Origin: Macrostomum lignano
Taxonomy: Eukaryota
Direction of reading: 5' to 3'
Assembly (NCBI GenBank): GCA_002269645.1
Contig: NIVC01001216.1
Span: 248,001 to 312,000, forward strand
Length of the DNA stretch: 64,000 nt
Shown: positions 1-10,741 of the stretch, one piece after another
Layout: every line of letters begins with the position of its first letter
Numbering within the stretch: position 1 is the stretch's first letter
Made by a program: the position numbers and the translations under genes
Notes under the pieces: model-generated
The model's input: only the letters and a program-made list of their open reading frames with translations
The model's database searches: none
What the model was told of the DNA's origin: nothing

Positions 1-25
1 TACGTGGCTCTCGATAATGAGCATT

Positions 26-596
26 GCAGCTACATGGCTCATTCCGTTGGCCTTGACAGCCTCCTTAATGCAGCTACATGGCTCAGTCCGTCGGCCTTGA
101 CAGCCTCCTTAATGCAGCTACATGGCTCAGTCCGTCGGCCTTGACAGCCTCCTTAATGCAGCTACATGGCTCAGTCCGTTGGCCTTGACAGCCTCCTTAA
201 TGCAGCTACATGGCTCAGTCCGTCGGCCTTGACAGCCTCCTTAATGCAGCTACATGGCTAAGTCCGTCGGCCTTGACAGCCTCCTTAATGCAGCTACATG
301 GCTCAGTCCGTTGGCCTTGACAGCCTCCTTAATGCAGCTACATGGCTCAGTCCGTCGGCCTTGACAGCCTCCTTAATGCAGCTACATGGCTCAGTCCGTT
401 GGCCTTGACAGCCTCCTTAATGCAGCTACATGGCTCAGTCCGTTGGCCTTGACAGCCTCCTTAATGCAGCTACATGGCTCAGTCCGTTGGCCTTGACAGC
501 CTCCTTAATGCAGCTACATGGCTCAGTCCGTTGGCCTTGACAGCCTCCTTAATGCAGCTACATGGCTCAGTCCGTTGGCCTTGACAGCCTCCTTAT
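26..596. repeat. 44-bp minisatellite (GGCCTTGACAGCCTCCTTAATGCAGCTACATGGCTCAGTCCGTY), ~13 copies
   Basis: Direct repeats with period 44 (e.g. ctccttaatg at 61 and 105). Confidence 0.95.
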
Positions 597-897
597 TGTC
601 CTCACGAAATGCTCGGTCAAGCCGTTGCTTTCCGGGTGATAAGCCGTAGTACATGTAGTTATCGATGAGACAGACAACCAGCTCCGAAACTGGGTCCGTT
701 GTCAGACACCAGAATATACAGGAACACCATATCTGAGATCACGGCGGCTGATTTCATAAATTTTGTTAACTGCACTTCAGGATAGTGGAAAATGCGTCTA
801 CAAGCACTCGGAGATACATCTAGGTTCCGTCGATGGGGCCGGCGAAGTCCAAGTAGACTCTCTCCCACGGAGCGCCTGGATAAGACCAGTCGACCGA
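597..897 (-). mobile_element. Decayed Ty3/gypsy LTR-retrotransposon integrase core fragment
   Basis: Minus strand, across one stop and frameshifts, reads WSYPGAPWERVYLDFAGPIDGT*MYLRVLVDAFS..YPEV...ILVSDNGPSF...TTAYHPESNGLTEHFVRTI, matching the gypsy integrase DDE consensus (PW..VH.DFAGP / SDNG..F / YHP.SNG..ER). Confidence 0.9.
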
Positions 898-969
898 TAA
901 TTCCTATTCTTAGACATAACCAACTTGCACATTTGACATCCCCTCACCAGAAATCTTGAACCAGAAATC

Positions 970-1480
970 AATTTAGGTCCTGACACACACACACACGCCT
1001 GTGATTTAATTTCGGTCCTGACACACAACCTGTGATTTAATTTAGGTCCTGACACACACACACACAGCTGTAACTTAATTTAGGTCCTGACACACACAAT
1101 TGTAATTTAATTTAGGTCCTGACACACACAATTGTAATTAAATTTAGGTCCTGACACACACAACTGTAATTTAATTTAGGTCCTGACACACACACCTGTA
1201 ACTTATTTAGGTCCTGACACACACACACACACACCTGTGATTTAATTTAGGTCCTGACAAATACATCTGTAACTTAATTTAGGTCCTGAAACACACACAC
1301 TCAATCAATCACTCACTAAACTACTTACTCATTAAGTCACTCACTCACTAAATCACTCACTCACTAAAATACTCACTCACTAAATCACTCACTCACTAAA
1401 ATACTCACTCACTAAATCACTCACTCACTAAAATACTCACTCACTAACTCACTCTCATTAACTCACTCACTCGCTCATTC
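970..1480. repeat. Variable ~33-40-bp repeat (AATTTAGGTCCTGA(CA)n...) followed by a TCAC-rich simple repeat (~1300-1480)
   Basis: About 9 copies of aatttaggtcctgacacacac with variable CA number, then (tcac)-rich units. Confidence 0.9.
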
Positions 1481-1923
1481 GCAAGAGTTGCCAAGCTGAA
1501 TGCAAGTAGCCCGCCACAATGCAGTTTGGTAAAAGCTACCCTAACCCAATATGGCTCCCGCTGCCTTTGCTTAACCCTAAACAAGTGAGGTTCTGTCTTT
1601 ACCATTATTTTCGTTACTACCCTTTCTGTGCTCTCTGCATTACGGAAGGATCAGTAGGGGGATTTCAGCTGAGCATAGCTCTAGAGAAGTCTAAAGCTGC
1701 ATTGGCACAATGGCAGTAGCGCTTGTTCAACTCTTTTTGTCTGGCGTCCCCCTTTCCAGTTTTGCCCGCAAATTGTTGCCATGCGGTGCGCGCTCAGCTT
1801 AAATCAATCGATTTTAGTCCTTGCCCGCCTCTCCCCTCCTTCCTTTCCTTTACTTAAGCCACTAGACTCCACCGCCCCGGATATGAAATTCTGCTAAGCT
1901 ATTCTTCTGTCTTTTTAGCAATT

Positions 1924-2217
1924 ATGCCTAAGGCTTTTCTCGCCTTTTTCCTGCAGGTTCTGCTGCTTCTGCAGGCTCAAGCAGCAACAACTGCATCATC
2001 TATCGAGCCTAATGTGCCTGAGTACAATCGCACCTGCGCGTCTGTTGACAACTTGAGAATCAACAAGGTCTGCTCAGGCTTGCCGAACGAGACTCTCAGA
2101 CTGTTCGGCGAAGACTTCGGAGTGCATTACATTCGAGGCAAGACCAAGTCCAGGGTGTTTGTGGGGCTCATAGTGAGCAAGTGTCAGCCTGGAGAGTATT
2201 GCGTTCACCTCGCTCAG
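1924..2217 (+). CDS. Orphan type-I membrane protein, exon 1 (signal peptide)
   Basis: ATG plus hydrophobic signal MPKAFLAFFLQVLLLLQAQA; donor CAG|GTAAGC at 2217/2218, phase 0. Confidence 0.8.
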
Positions 2218-2454
2218 GTAAGCTGACAGGAGCAATTTCCTGTGTACTGTACCTGTGCCTTGATTTGTTACTTAGTTCGTTGCATGGTGGCTTAGTCCTG
2301 CAGTGAGGAGGCAAGCATTGATACCAGTTCATCTAAGCACTCACACTCACCCAGATACTGATACTCTATGATGTAACTTTTGGGTACTTAGACTCAGTGG
2401 CCTTAGTGAACCTTAGTGCGCTTGAGTATATTCTATAGACTTCGATGCCCGTGA

Positions 2455-3266
2455 GGTACCTAGACTCAGATACCTGTAAGGTACTTAGACTCAGATACCT
2501 GTAAGGTACATAGACTCGAATACCTGAGAGGTACCTACACTCAAATACCTGTGAGGTACCTGCTCTCAGATACCTGTGAGGTACCTAGACTCAGATACCT
2601 GTGAGGTAGCTATAGACTCAGATACCTGTGAGGTACCTACACTCAGATACCTGTGAGGTATCTAGACTCAGATACCTGTGAGGTAGCTATAGACTCAGAT
2701 ACCTGTGAGGTATCTATAGACTCAGATACCTGTGAGGTATCTATAGACTCAGATACCTGTGAGGTACCTACACTCAGATACCTGTAAGGTACCTAGACTC
2801 AGATACCTGTGAGGTACCTAGACTCAGATACCTGTTAGGTAGTTAGACTCAGATACCTGTGAGGTAGCTAGACTCAGATACCTGTGAGGTAGCTAGACTC
2901 AGATACCTGTGAGGTAGCTAGACTCAGATACCTGTGAGTTAGCTATAGACTCAGATACCTGTGAGGTACCTACACTCAGATACCTGTAAGGTACCTAGAC
3001 TCAGATACCTGTGAGGCATCTAGACTCAGATACCTGTGAGGTAGCTATAGACACAGATACCTGTGAGGTACCTACACTCAGATACCTGTAAGGTACCTAG
3101 ACTCAGATACCTGTAAGGTACTTAGACTCAGATACCTGTTAGGTAGTTAGACTCAGATACCTGTGAGGTAGCTAGACTCAGATACCTGTGAGGTAGCTAG
3201 ACTCAGATACCTGTGAGGTAGCTAGACTCAGATACCTGTGAGGTAGCTAGACTCAGATACCTGTGA
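2455..3266. repeat. 25-27-bp intronic minisatellite (TAGACTCAGATACCTGTGAGGTACC)
   Basis: About 30 direct copies filling intron 1 of the orphan gene. Confidence 0.95.
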
Positions 3267-3300
3267 CTCCATATCCATATCACCCCAATCCCCTGAGCAG

Positions 3301-3669
3301 GCCGAGCCCACCGAGCTGGAGGACCGGCTCCTTCTCAGCTGGCGCGACGATCGAGTCCGGTCGAACCTGTGCCGCCTGCGGCCCTGCCTGAACCGCCTGT
3401 CCGCTTGCCCAGCCGCCAAGCTGATCGACCAGGACCGCCAGCTGACCTTCAACGCCGTCGATCTGCTGTGCGGCCTCACGGAGCTGCAGCAGGCCGGCGG
3501 AGGCCTCGACGGTGGCAAAAACTCGGTGCCCTACTGTCTGGAAGGCGTTCTGGACCTGCTGCAGTACGCCTACGCCGACGTTGCTAGGGAGGCTGGCAAC
3601 GCGTCTGCTCAAAGAGTCTGCGATTGCGTTGGACGTCCGGGCATCCCCTGCCCGGTTCAGTGCCGCCAG
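3301..3669 (+). CDS. Orphan type-I membrane protein, exon 2 (Cys-rich ectodomain)
   Basis: Acceptor ctgagcag|; GC-rich open frame AEPTELEDRLLLSW...CDCVGRPGIPCPVQCRQ; donor CAG|GTGGGC; phase 0/0. Confidence 0.8.
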
Positions 3670-3671
3670 GT

Positions 3672-4130
3672 GGGCGGGTATCTGGGTGGGGTATCTAGAC
3701 TCGGTGGTATCTAGAATGGGTGGGGTATCTAGACTGGGGTGGGTATCTAGACTGGGTGGGTATCTAGACTGGGTGGGTATCTAGACTGGGTATCTAGAAT
3801 GGGGTGGAGTATTTAGACTGGGATGGGGTATCTAGACTGGGGTGGGGTATCTAGACTGGGGTGGGGTATCTAGACTGGGTGGGGTATCTAGACTGGGTGG
3901 GGTATATAGACTGGAATGGGGAATCTAGACTGGGATGGGGTATCTAGACTGGGTGGGGTATCTAGATTGGGATGGGGAATCTAGACTGGGATGGGGTATC
4001 TAGACTGGGGTATATAGGTAACTAGACTGGGGTGGGGTATCTAGGACTGTGGTGGGGTATCTAGGACTGGGGTGGGTATCTAGGGTTGGGGTATTTAGAC
4101 TCGGGTGGGGCATCTAGACTTGGGTGTCTA
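3672..4130. repeat. ~19-20-bp G-rich intronic minisatellite (GGGGTATCTAGACTGGGT)
   Basis: Direct repeats starting immediately at the exon 2 donor. Confidence 0.9.
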
Positions 4131-4375
4131 GGGGTACTCAGATTCTGATATCTGGGTCGAGCACCTGGACTCCAATACCAAGTCAAGGACTACTTAAATA
4201 TAGATTACTTCAGTCATCCTTGTATCAAGTGGCTCAATTGTACTCCTATATGAAGGTAGAAATTACTTGAAGTACTTATAATTCTAGTAGGCGTACTAAT
4301 ACTCACGCATCTAGCAGATTGTCAATGCTAAAAATAGAATAAAACTTACAGCCTTCCTTAAACTCATTTTTTCAG

Positions 4376-4440
4376 ATAATTTACAAACTGAACTGTCTTT
4401 ACAGTCAGTGCCGTCAGCACGAACAAATTCACATTGCCAG
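4376..4440 (+). CDS. Orphan type-I membrane protein, exon 3
   Basis: ttttttcag|ATA...IIYKLNCLYSQCRQHEQIHIA; donor ag|GTAAAT at phase 2, which is needed to put exon 4 in frame. Confidence 0.7.
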
Positions 4441-4535
4441 GTAAATGTTGTTTGAAAATTACCCAGAGAGCTCTCAACAAGAGTAACTTTTTCAAGTTGG
4501 CTTTTAATCACGAGTATTTAATAACCATATTTCAG

Positions 4536-4647
4536 ATTCCCAGCTTGGAACTGGTATTTCTCGAAAGCTGACGCGCTAAAATCAAAGTACAATGTGACCT
4601 TCTGCGAGAGACCCATTGAGACTGCTGCTGCGGCTGAGGGAAAGCAG
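4536..4647 (+). CDS. Orphan type-I membrane protein, exon 4
   Basis: tatttcag|A TTC CCA...RFPAWNWYFSKADALKSKYNVTFCERPIETAAAAEGKQ; donor CAG|GTAAGT. Confidence 0.75.
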
Positions 4648-4675
4648 GTAAGTTTGTACTTTGTTGTCTGTCTGA

Positions 4676-5500
4676 CTTGTCACTCAACTGTCTGCAATCC
4701 ATTGTCACTCTGCTGTCTTCAGTCCATTGTCACTCTGCTGTCTTCAGTCCATTGTCACTCTGCTGTCTTCAGTCCATTGTCACTCTGCTGTCTTCAGTCC
4801 ATTGTCACTCTGCTGTATTCAGTCCATTGTCACTCTGCTGTCTTCAGTCCATTGTCACTCTGCTGTCTTCAGTCCATTGTCACTCTGCTGTCTTCAGTCC
4901 ATTGTCACTCTGCTGTCTTCAGTCCATTGTCACTCTGCTGTCTTCAGTCCATTGTCACTCTGCTGTCTTCAGTCCATTGTCACTCTGCTGTCTTCAGTCC
5001 ATTGTCACTCTTCTGTCTTCAGTCCATTGTCACTCTGCTGTCTTCAATCCATTGTCACTCTACTGTCTTCAATCCATTGCCACTCTACTATCTTCAACCT
5101 CTTGTCACTCTACTGTCTGCAATCCATTGTCACTCTGCTGTCTTCAGTCGATTGTCACTCTGCTGTCTTCAATCCATTGTCACTCTACTGTCTGCAATTC
5201 ATTGACACTCTACTGTCTGCAATCCATTGTCACTCTACTGTCTGCAATCCATTGTCACTCTGCTGTCTTCAATCCATTGTCACTCTTCTGTCTTCAGTCC
5301 ATTGTCACTCTGCTGTCTTCAATCCATTGTCACTCTTCTGTCTTCAGTCCATTGTCACTCTGCTGTCTTCAATCCATTGCCACTCTGCTGTCTTCAATCC
5401 ATTGTCACTCTACTGTCTGCAATTCCATTGTCACTCTACTGTCTGCAATCCATTGTCACTCTACTGTCTTCATCCATTGTCACTCTACTTGTATTCAGCC
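4676..5500. repeat. 25-bp intronic minisatellite (CATTGTCACTCTGCTGTCTTCAGTC)
   Basis: About 30 copies; source of three spurious overlapping ORFs. Confidence 0.95.
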
Positions 5501-5524
5501 CATTGTCCCTCCTCTCCACTCCAG

Positions 5525-5719
5525 GGACCAGTCATCTTGGCCTTCTTCCCCAACATGAGCAACGTAGTGATGGCCGTAGTGCTGATTGTTGTGGTGGCCG
5601 CACTGCTCATGGTGGGCGTCACCTGCCTCTGTTGGCAGAGAATATTTTTGAATAGATACTCACGCGACCGTGTCGGATACACCGAAGTCAAGGGTGAGCT
5701 GTTGAAATCGGAGTTTTGA
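5525..5719 (+). CDS. Orphan type-I membrane protein, exon 5 (TM helix and short cytoplasmic tail)
   Basis: ctccactccag|GGA; TM VVMAVVLIVVVAALLMVGVTCLCW; tail ...GYTEVKGELLKSEF*; AATAAA at ~5945. Confidence 0.8.
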   Translation, partial: GPVILAFFPNMSNVVMAVVLIVVVAALLMVGVTCLCWQRIFLNRYSRDRVGYTEVKGELLKSEF

Positions 5720-6089
5720 GCTCTATAACTACTTTTTAAAAAAGAGTTGTTCTTCCTTTTTTACCGACTTTTTTACGCTCTGTTGGCATTTAGCCAGTTT
5801 TGTTTATTTCTAATTTTACTCTTTGAAGAGTTTTTTTTGGTGTCGGAATTTTTCTACCCTTTTTTGAGCGTAGCATAGGAAGACTTTTTCCTCGTATTCT
5901 TGGGCGAAAACTTCTATATTTAGTCTTGGAACTTGTCTCTTCTGAATAAATAAATCAAGTAAAATTGAAAGCCATTAAGAATTATATAATTTTTGAAGTT
6001 AAATAACAAAACTTTTTCAGCTTGTGTGCCTTTGTTGAAGATGAAACAAGAAGTTTATTATCGTTTCTATTTTTAGAACGCGATGATTC

Positions 6090-6420
6090 GCCTTCTGGAA
6101 CCCTTTGCTTATCGCTGATTGGCCAGTATTAAACAATCATTCTAGACGTTTATTTTTAGCTCAGAATCCAGTGACCTTCGTAGCATCCCCGTCCTTGAAC
6201 CTATTGCTTATCGCTGATTGGCCAGCATGAAACAATCATTCCAGATGGTTTATTTTTAGCTCAGAATCCGGTGACCTTCGCAGCATCCCCCTCCTTGAAC
6301 CCATTGCTTATCTCTCATTGGCCAGCACAGGAAGAGATTTTCCGCAAGCAGCTAGTCAGAAGGGATTTCCCTCAGCGTGATATTTTTAGCTTAAAATCTC
6401 GTAACCTTTGCCGCAGCAGC
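6090..6420. repeat. ~100-bp imperfect tandem triplication overlapping the GPCR stop codon and 3' UTR
   Basis: tatttttagct...gtgaccttcg recurs at ~6151, ~6251 and ~6381. Confidence 0.8.
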
Positions 6421-7062
6421 CGCTGTGCCGTCCGTGACGCATCGAAGCTCGTCCGGGCGCTGATTCAAGTGGAACAGACGAATCGCAGCCTTCTTGAAAG
6501 TGGGCATAAAGCAGAAATAAATCACCGGATTCACAAGCATATTTAGGCTGACAAGAATTAAGCTGACATTGTAGAACAGGCCTTTCTGATCAAAGTTGAA
6601 CAGGTGGAACATGTGCAGCAGGTAGCAGATCTGGTTGGTGCTGAAGCACAACACGTAGGCAACTCCAGCGATGGCAAAGGTTTTGATCAGCACTCTGGAA
6701 GCGGCCAGCTTGCGTCGCTGACTCGCCTCCGCTACGGTGCGACCTCTGCGTCGCAGACTGCGGATTATGGCGGCGTGGCACAGCGTCATGTTCACCAGCG
6801 GCAGGCCGAAGGTGATGAGGAAATTCTGCAGCCCGAACAGATTCGACAGCCAATCGGGAATCGCGCGGTTGTAGACGCAGCAGCTTCGAGTGGACGGGTC
6901 GGCGTCCAATCCGCGTGTGACGTCCATGAACACGCGCCAGTCGTGTAGGCAGCTGTACACCCAGACTGAGCAGCAGGCGACACGCAACTTTTGACGACTG
7001 CGCGACACCAAGGGATGGACGAGAGCGAGGAATCTCTCGATAGTGATGACCTGCAGGTTCAG
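6391..7062 (-). CDS. Rhodopsin-family (class A) GPCR, exon 2 (TM3 end to TM7)
   Basis: Acceptor cccaccag|CTG; LNLQVITIERFLALVHP (E-R-F motif), TM7 LVNPVIY, stop at 6391. Confidence 0.9.
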   Translation of the reverse strand: MNLQVITIERFLALVHPLVSRSRQKLRVACCSVWVYSCLHDWRVFMDVTRGLDADPSTRSCCVYNRAIPDWLSNLFGLQNFLITFGLPLVNMTLCHAAIIRSLRRRGRTVAEASQRRKLAASRVLIKTFAIAGVAYVLCFSTNQICYLLHMFHLFNFDQKGLFYNVSLILVSLNMLVNPVIYFCFMPTFKKAAIRLFHLNQRPDELRCVTDGTAAAAAKVTRF

Positions 7063-7330
7063 CTGGTGGGATGGAAAGGGGGCTTTGTCAACGGTTTTTC
7101 AGCTTCAAATTATTATTTTAGTTTGCCATCATTTTGCTTTTTAGCTCACGTTTCTAAATATTAGAAAGTTACTAAACTTCTTACAGTATGTCAGGTTTAG
7201 TTTCTAGACTTAAATATTCGGTTTAGTCTCCAAACTTCTAGGTCAGGTTTTAGTTTCTAAATTTCAACAATAGGTCAGGTTTAGTTTCTTATAACTTCTA
7301 GGTCAGGTTAGTTTCCAAGGTTTCCCTCAC

Positions 7331-7711
7331 CGTGCTGCAGATGACCAGCACCCAGATGACGTACTCGCTGAACCAGACTCGGCACAACAAGTCGCCTGCA
7401 AAGCTGGCGGGCACGTGTCTCGGAGCGTCGAGTGTCGCCCACTTGGCCCCCATAGTCAGACAGGCAAGCAGGTCGATGGCTGACTGATTTATGACCAGCA
7501 GTCTGGGATTCCGACTTATAATCCGTCGATTCTGGCCGAAAATAGCCAGCACCATTGTGTTGGCGGCGGTGCCAAGAATGGCTACAATTAGAAATATCCA
7601 AGGAATGAACTGAATGATGATTTCAGCGACTCCGTCAGAGTCAGCATTGGCCCTGGCTAAGCTGTGGTCCGGTAGGCAGGCTGGTCTCATTGATTCCGTG
7701 CTGTTCTGCAT
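7331..7711 (-). CDS. Rhodopsin-family GPCR, exon 1 (N-terminus to TM3)
   Basis: ATG at 7711; TM1 GTAANTMV, TM2 INQSAIDLL, C3.25 in LLCRV; donor ACG|GTGAGG, phase 0. Confidence 0.85.
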
Positions 7712-7756
7712 CAGAGCAGCTGAGCGACTCTTTTTGGCCTGAGGTGCAAATTGTCG

Positions 7757-8226
7757 TTTGGTTAGGGTTGTTGTTTGGTTAGGGTTGTAGTTTCGTTAGG
7801 GTTGTGGTTTCGTTAGGGTTGTGGTTTGGTTAGGGTTGTAGTTTCGTTAGGGTTGTGGTTTGGTTAGGGTTGTGGTTTGGTTAGGGTTGTAGTTTCGTTA
7901 GGGTTGTGGTTTCGTTAGGGTTGTGGTTTGGTTAGGGTTGTAGTTTCGTTAGGGTTGTGGTTTCGTTAGGGTTGTGGTTTGGTTAGGGTTGTAGTTTCGT
8001 TAGGGTTGTGGTTTCGTTAGGGTTGTGGTTTGGTTAGGGTTGTAGTTTCGTTAGGGTTGTGGTTTGGTTAGGGTTGTAGTTTGGTTAGGGTTGTGGTTTG
8101 GTTAGGGTTGTAGTTTCGTTAGGGTTGTAGTTTGGTTAGGGTGTGGTTTGGTTAGGGTTGTGGTTTGGTTAGGGTTGTGGTTTGGTTAGGGTTGTAGTTT
8201 GGTTAGGGTGTGGTTTGGTTAGGGTT
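7757..8226. repeat. 17-bp minisatellite containing TTAGGG (TTAGGGTTGTRGTTTSG)
   Basis: About 27 copies directly upstream of the GPCR ATG. Confidence 0.95.
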
Positions 8227-9289
8227 CAGTTATAAAATAATCACCTATTTAAATATAAAATATTAATTGGGAAATCGTTAAAATAACTAGAAAGGCCATA
8301 GGATATCTGATATCTTAGTCTAATCTTTAGGCCAATATCTTGGTACGACTCTAATCTCGTTTATGAAATAGTGGTTAAATATTTATTTATGAATCTAATC
8401 AAGTCAAATCTATTTCATCGGCTGTCTAGGCCGCATCGCATATGAAGTCGTAATTAACAACTAGGATTTATAAAAAAAGAGCTGGTAAGAAACTTACCTA
8501 CGTGAGTTTTTAATAAAAGCGTTTCAACACGTAAACTATAGCTGGCTTTATTTTACCTTACAAAAGAAGAAGCATTTCTTTTGTAGCCCTGCGATTTTCT
8601 CATCCAATCGCAGGCAATTTTGAACTTGTCGCCTGCTTATTGGCTCGAAAAAGCACTCGATCAGTACACTAGTTTATTGTTACTAACTTATTCTAACACC
8701 TTTGAGCAAGGCTTATAAATTATAAATTAAATTATAAATATAAATAAATATTCAAAGAAGGATTGTGGCCACTGTGATGCAATGTCTTGGGAGACGTCGT
8801 TTCACGACACAGCGCTAGCGGCAATTCTGCCCATTCTTTGTTTTTCGTGTAAACCATGAAGTATACTAATACCAAAGTATTAATATGACAAGCAATATTT
8901 TCGCATTTCTACTGTTAGTAAACTGTTTCCGACACTTCTTGAGAGTTTGGTTTGGAAAAGTTACCAAAAGTATCTGTTGAGTACATTTATTTTAGTGACT
9001 GAAATTATAATTTACGAGCTAAAAGCAGCGAGAGGAGAAAATATATAGATGTCAAATATTTAAAATATATTAAATAATTCAATTTTGAAGCAAATATTAA
9101 TGCTCCTAAATACAATATCTGTTTAAGAATATGCTGAAACACGCACACGTTTACTTTCGTAAGTGAAAGTAAATTCCTTCATCGAGTGTCATTTAAAGTA
9201 CACTTCCTCGCCTCTATGCCTTAAAAGTACACATCCTAACAACCTCTATCTATATAAAGCATACCCCTCACTTCAATCTTTTATAAGTA

Positions 9290-9705
9290 CACTTTCTCTT
9301 CACCTCAATATTGCAAAAGTACACCTCCTCCTCACCTCAATACTGCAAAAGTACACCTCCTCACCTCAATATTGCAAAAGTACACCTCCTCACCTCAATA
9401 CTGCAAAAGTACACCTCCTCACCTCAATATTGCAAAAGTACAACCTCCTCACCTCAATACTGCAAAAGTACACCTCCTCACCTCAATATTGCAAAAGTAC
9501 ACCTCCTCACCTCAATACTGCAAAAGTACACCTCCTCACCTCAATATTGCAAAAGTACACCTCCTCACCTCAATACTGCAAAAGTACACCTCCTCACCTC
9601 AATATTGCAAAAGTACACCTCCTCACCTCAATATTGCAAAAGTACACCTCCTCACCTCAATATTGCAAAAGTACACCTCCTCACCTCAATATTGCAAAAG
9701 TACAC
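9290..9705. repeat. 29-bp minisatellite (CACCTCCTCACCTCAATAYTGCAAAAGTA)
   Basis: About 14 direct copies downstream of the DEG/ENaC stop. Confidence 0.95.
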
Positions 9706-10046
9706 GTCGTCACCTTGAATCTTCACTTAGCGTTCAATTTCGAGTACGCTATTATTTTTTTAACTATGTTTTTCAGTACAGGAAAGATTTTAAATTGTAT
9801 ACAAATTTGATTCACTTCTTTCTGTGCACTCAGATATTAAAAAGTGAAAATTTACAAAAGTACATGTAAATTACACAAGATAGGTATGCTATATTAGACA
9901 AAATCAGGGCTTGAGTGGAACCGTCTCCTTAGTTTCTGCTCCTCTGTTTAAATGTAGTACTATCAAGAACGCCATTGTCTGTACCAAGGAAAATCTTAGA
10001 CTATATTTGAAGGCCTATATTCTTGTTTATCAAAATCTCCGAGACT

Positions 10047-10632
10047 TTAAGCCGGCCGATCGACCGCCCGCTCTCGGCCCCTCACCCGCTGTCGCAGGCA
10101 GGCCAAGTAGAGGAACTCGACAATCTCCACAAAGAAGGCCATGGTGAGCCCCAGATACAGCGAGCACAGGCCGCCAACACGACTCATCAAAGCTTCGAAC
10201 GTGACCGTGAGCTTCTCTTCTCGTTTCAATGTGTCGAAACTTTTTCGCCGAACTACCACGTAGGCGTAGGTGTCCTCGGCTGAGTCGGTGAGAGTTGCCT
10301 GCTGCTGCCGCTCCTGCTGCTGGTACGAGACCGGCAGGTGGGTCAAGTTGTCCGCTCCCAGGTAGTCGAGAATATTGCGCAACAGGTGTCGCTTCTCCGA
10401 CTCGTTGTTGACCTCGCGTAGCCGTTTCCAACTGTCGGACTGATGCAGCATCCAGTGCAGTTGGTAGCTGCTGGCCCGCCAGCGGGTGATTGACAGCTCC
10501 TGATCATAGCTGTACCGAGTGCAGCGCTTGCGACATTGGGAATCGTCTGCTACTGCTGCTGCTGCTGCTGCTGCTGCTGGCTGCGGCATCTTGGACTGGT
10601 GCTCGCCAATCTCTTCCAGACAGCGCAAACGG
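10047..10632 (-). CDS. DEG/ENaC/ASIC-family channel, exon 4 (thumb end, palm, TM2)
   Basis: ttttcaag|C (phase 2); CRKRCTRYSY; TM2 ALMSRVGGLCSLYLGLTMAFFVEIVEFLY aligns to the LL.DIGG.LGL.LG.S..T..E consensus. Confidence 0.9.
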
Positions 10633-10741
10633 CTTGAAAACAGAAATTTAAATTTTACGTGTTGCTTTATTTTATACTGCTTAGCACTGCTATCGTACTG
10701 TAAGTAGACTATTCAACTAAAGCAAAGTTCTCTAAGTACTT

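Noticed and set aside
7757-8226. True interstitial telomere or chromosome fusion scar
   Set aside because: TTAGGG is interrupted by 11 nt in every unit and there is no head-to-head inversion.
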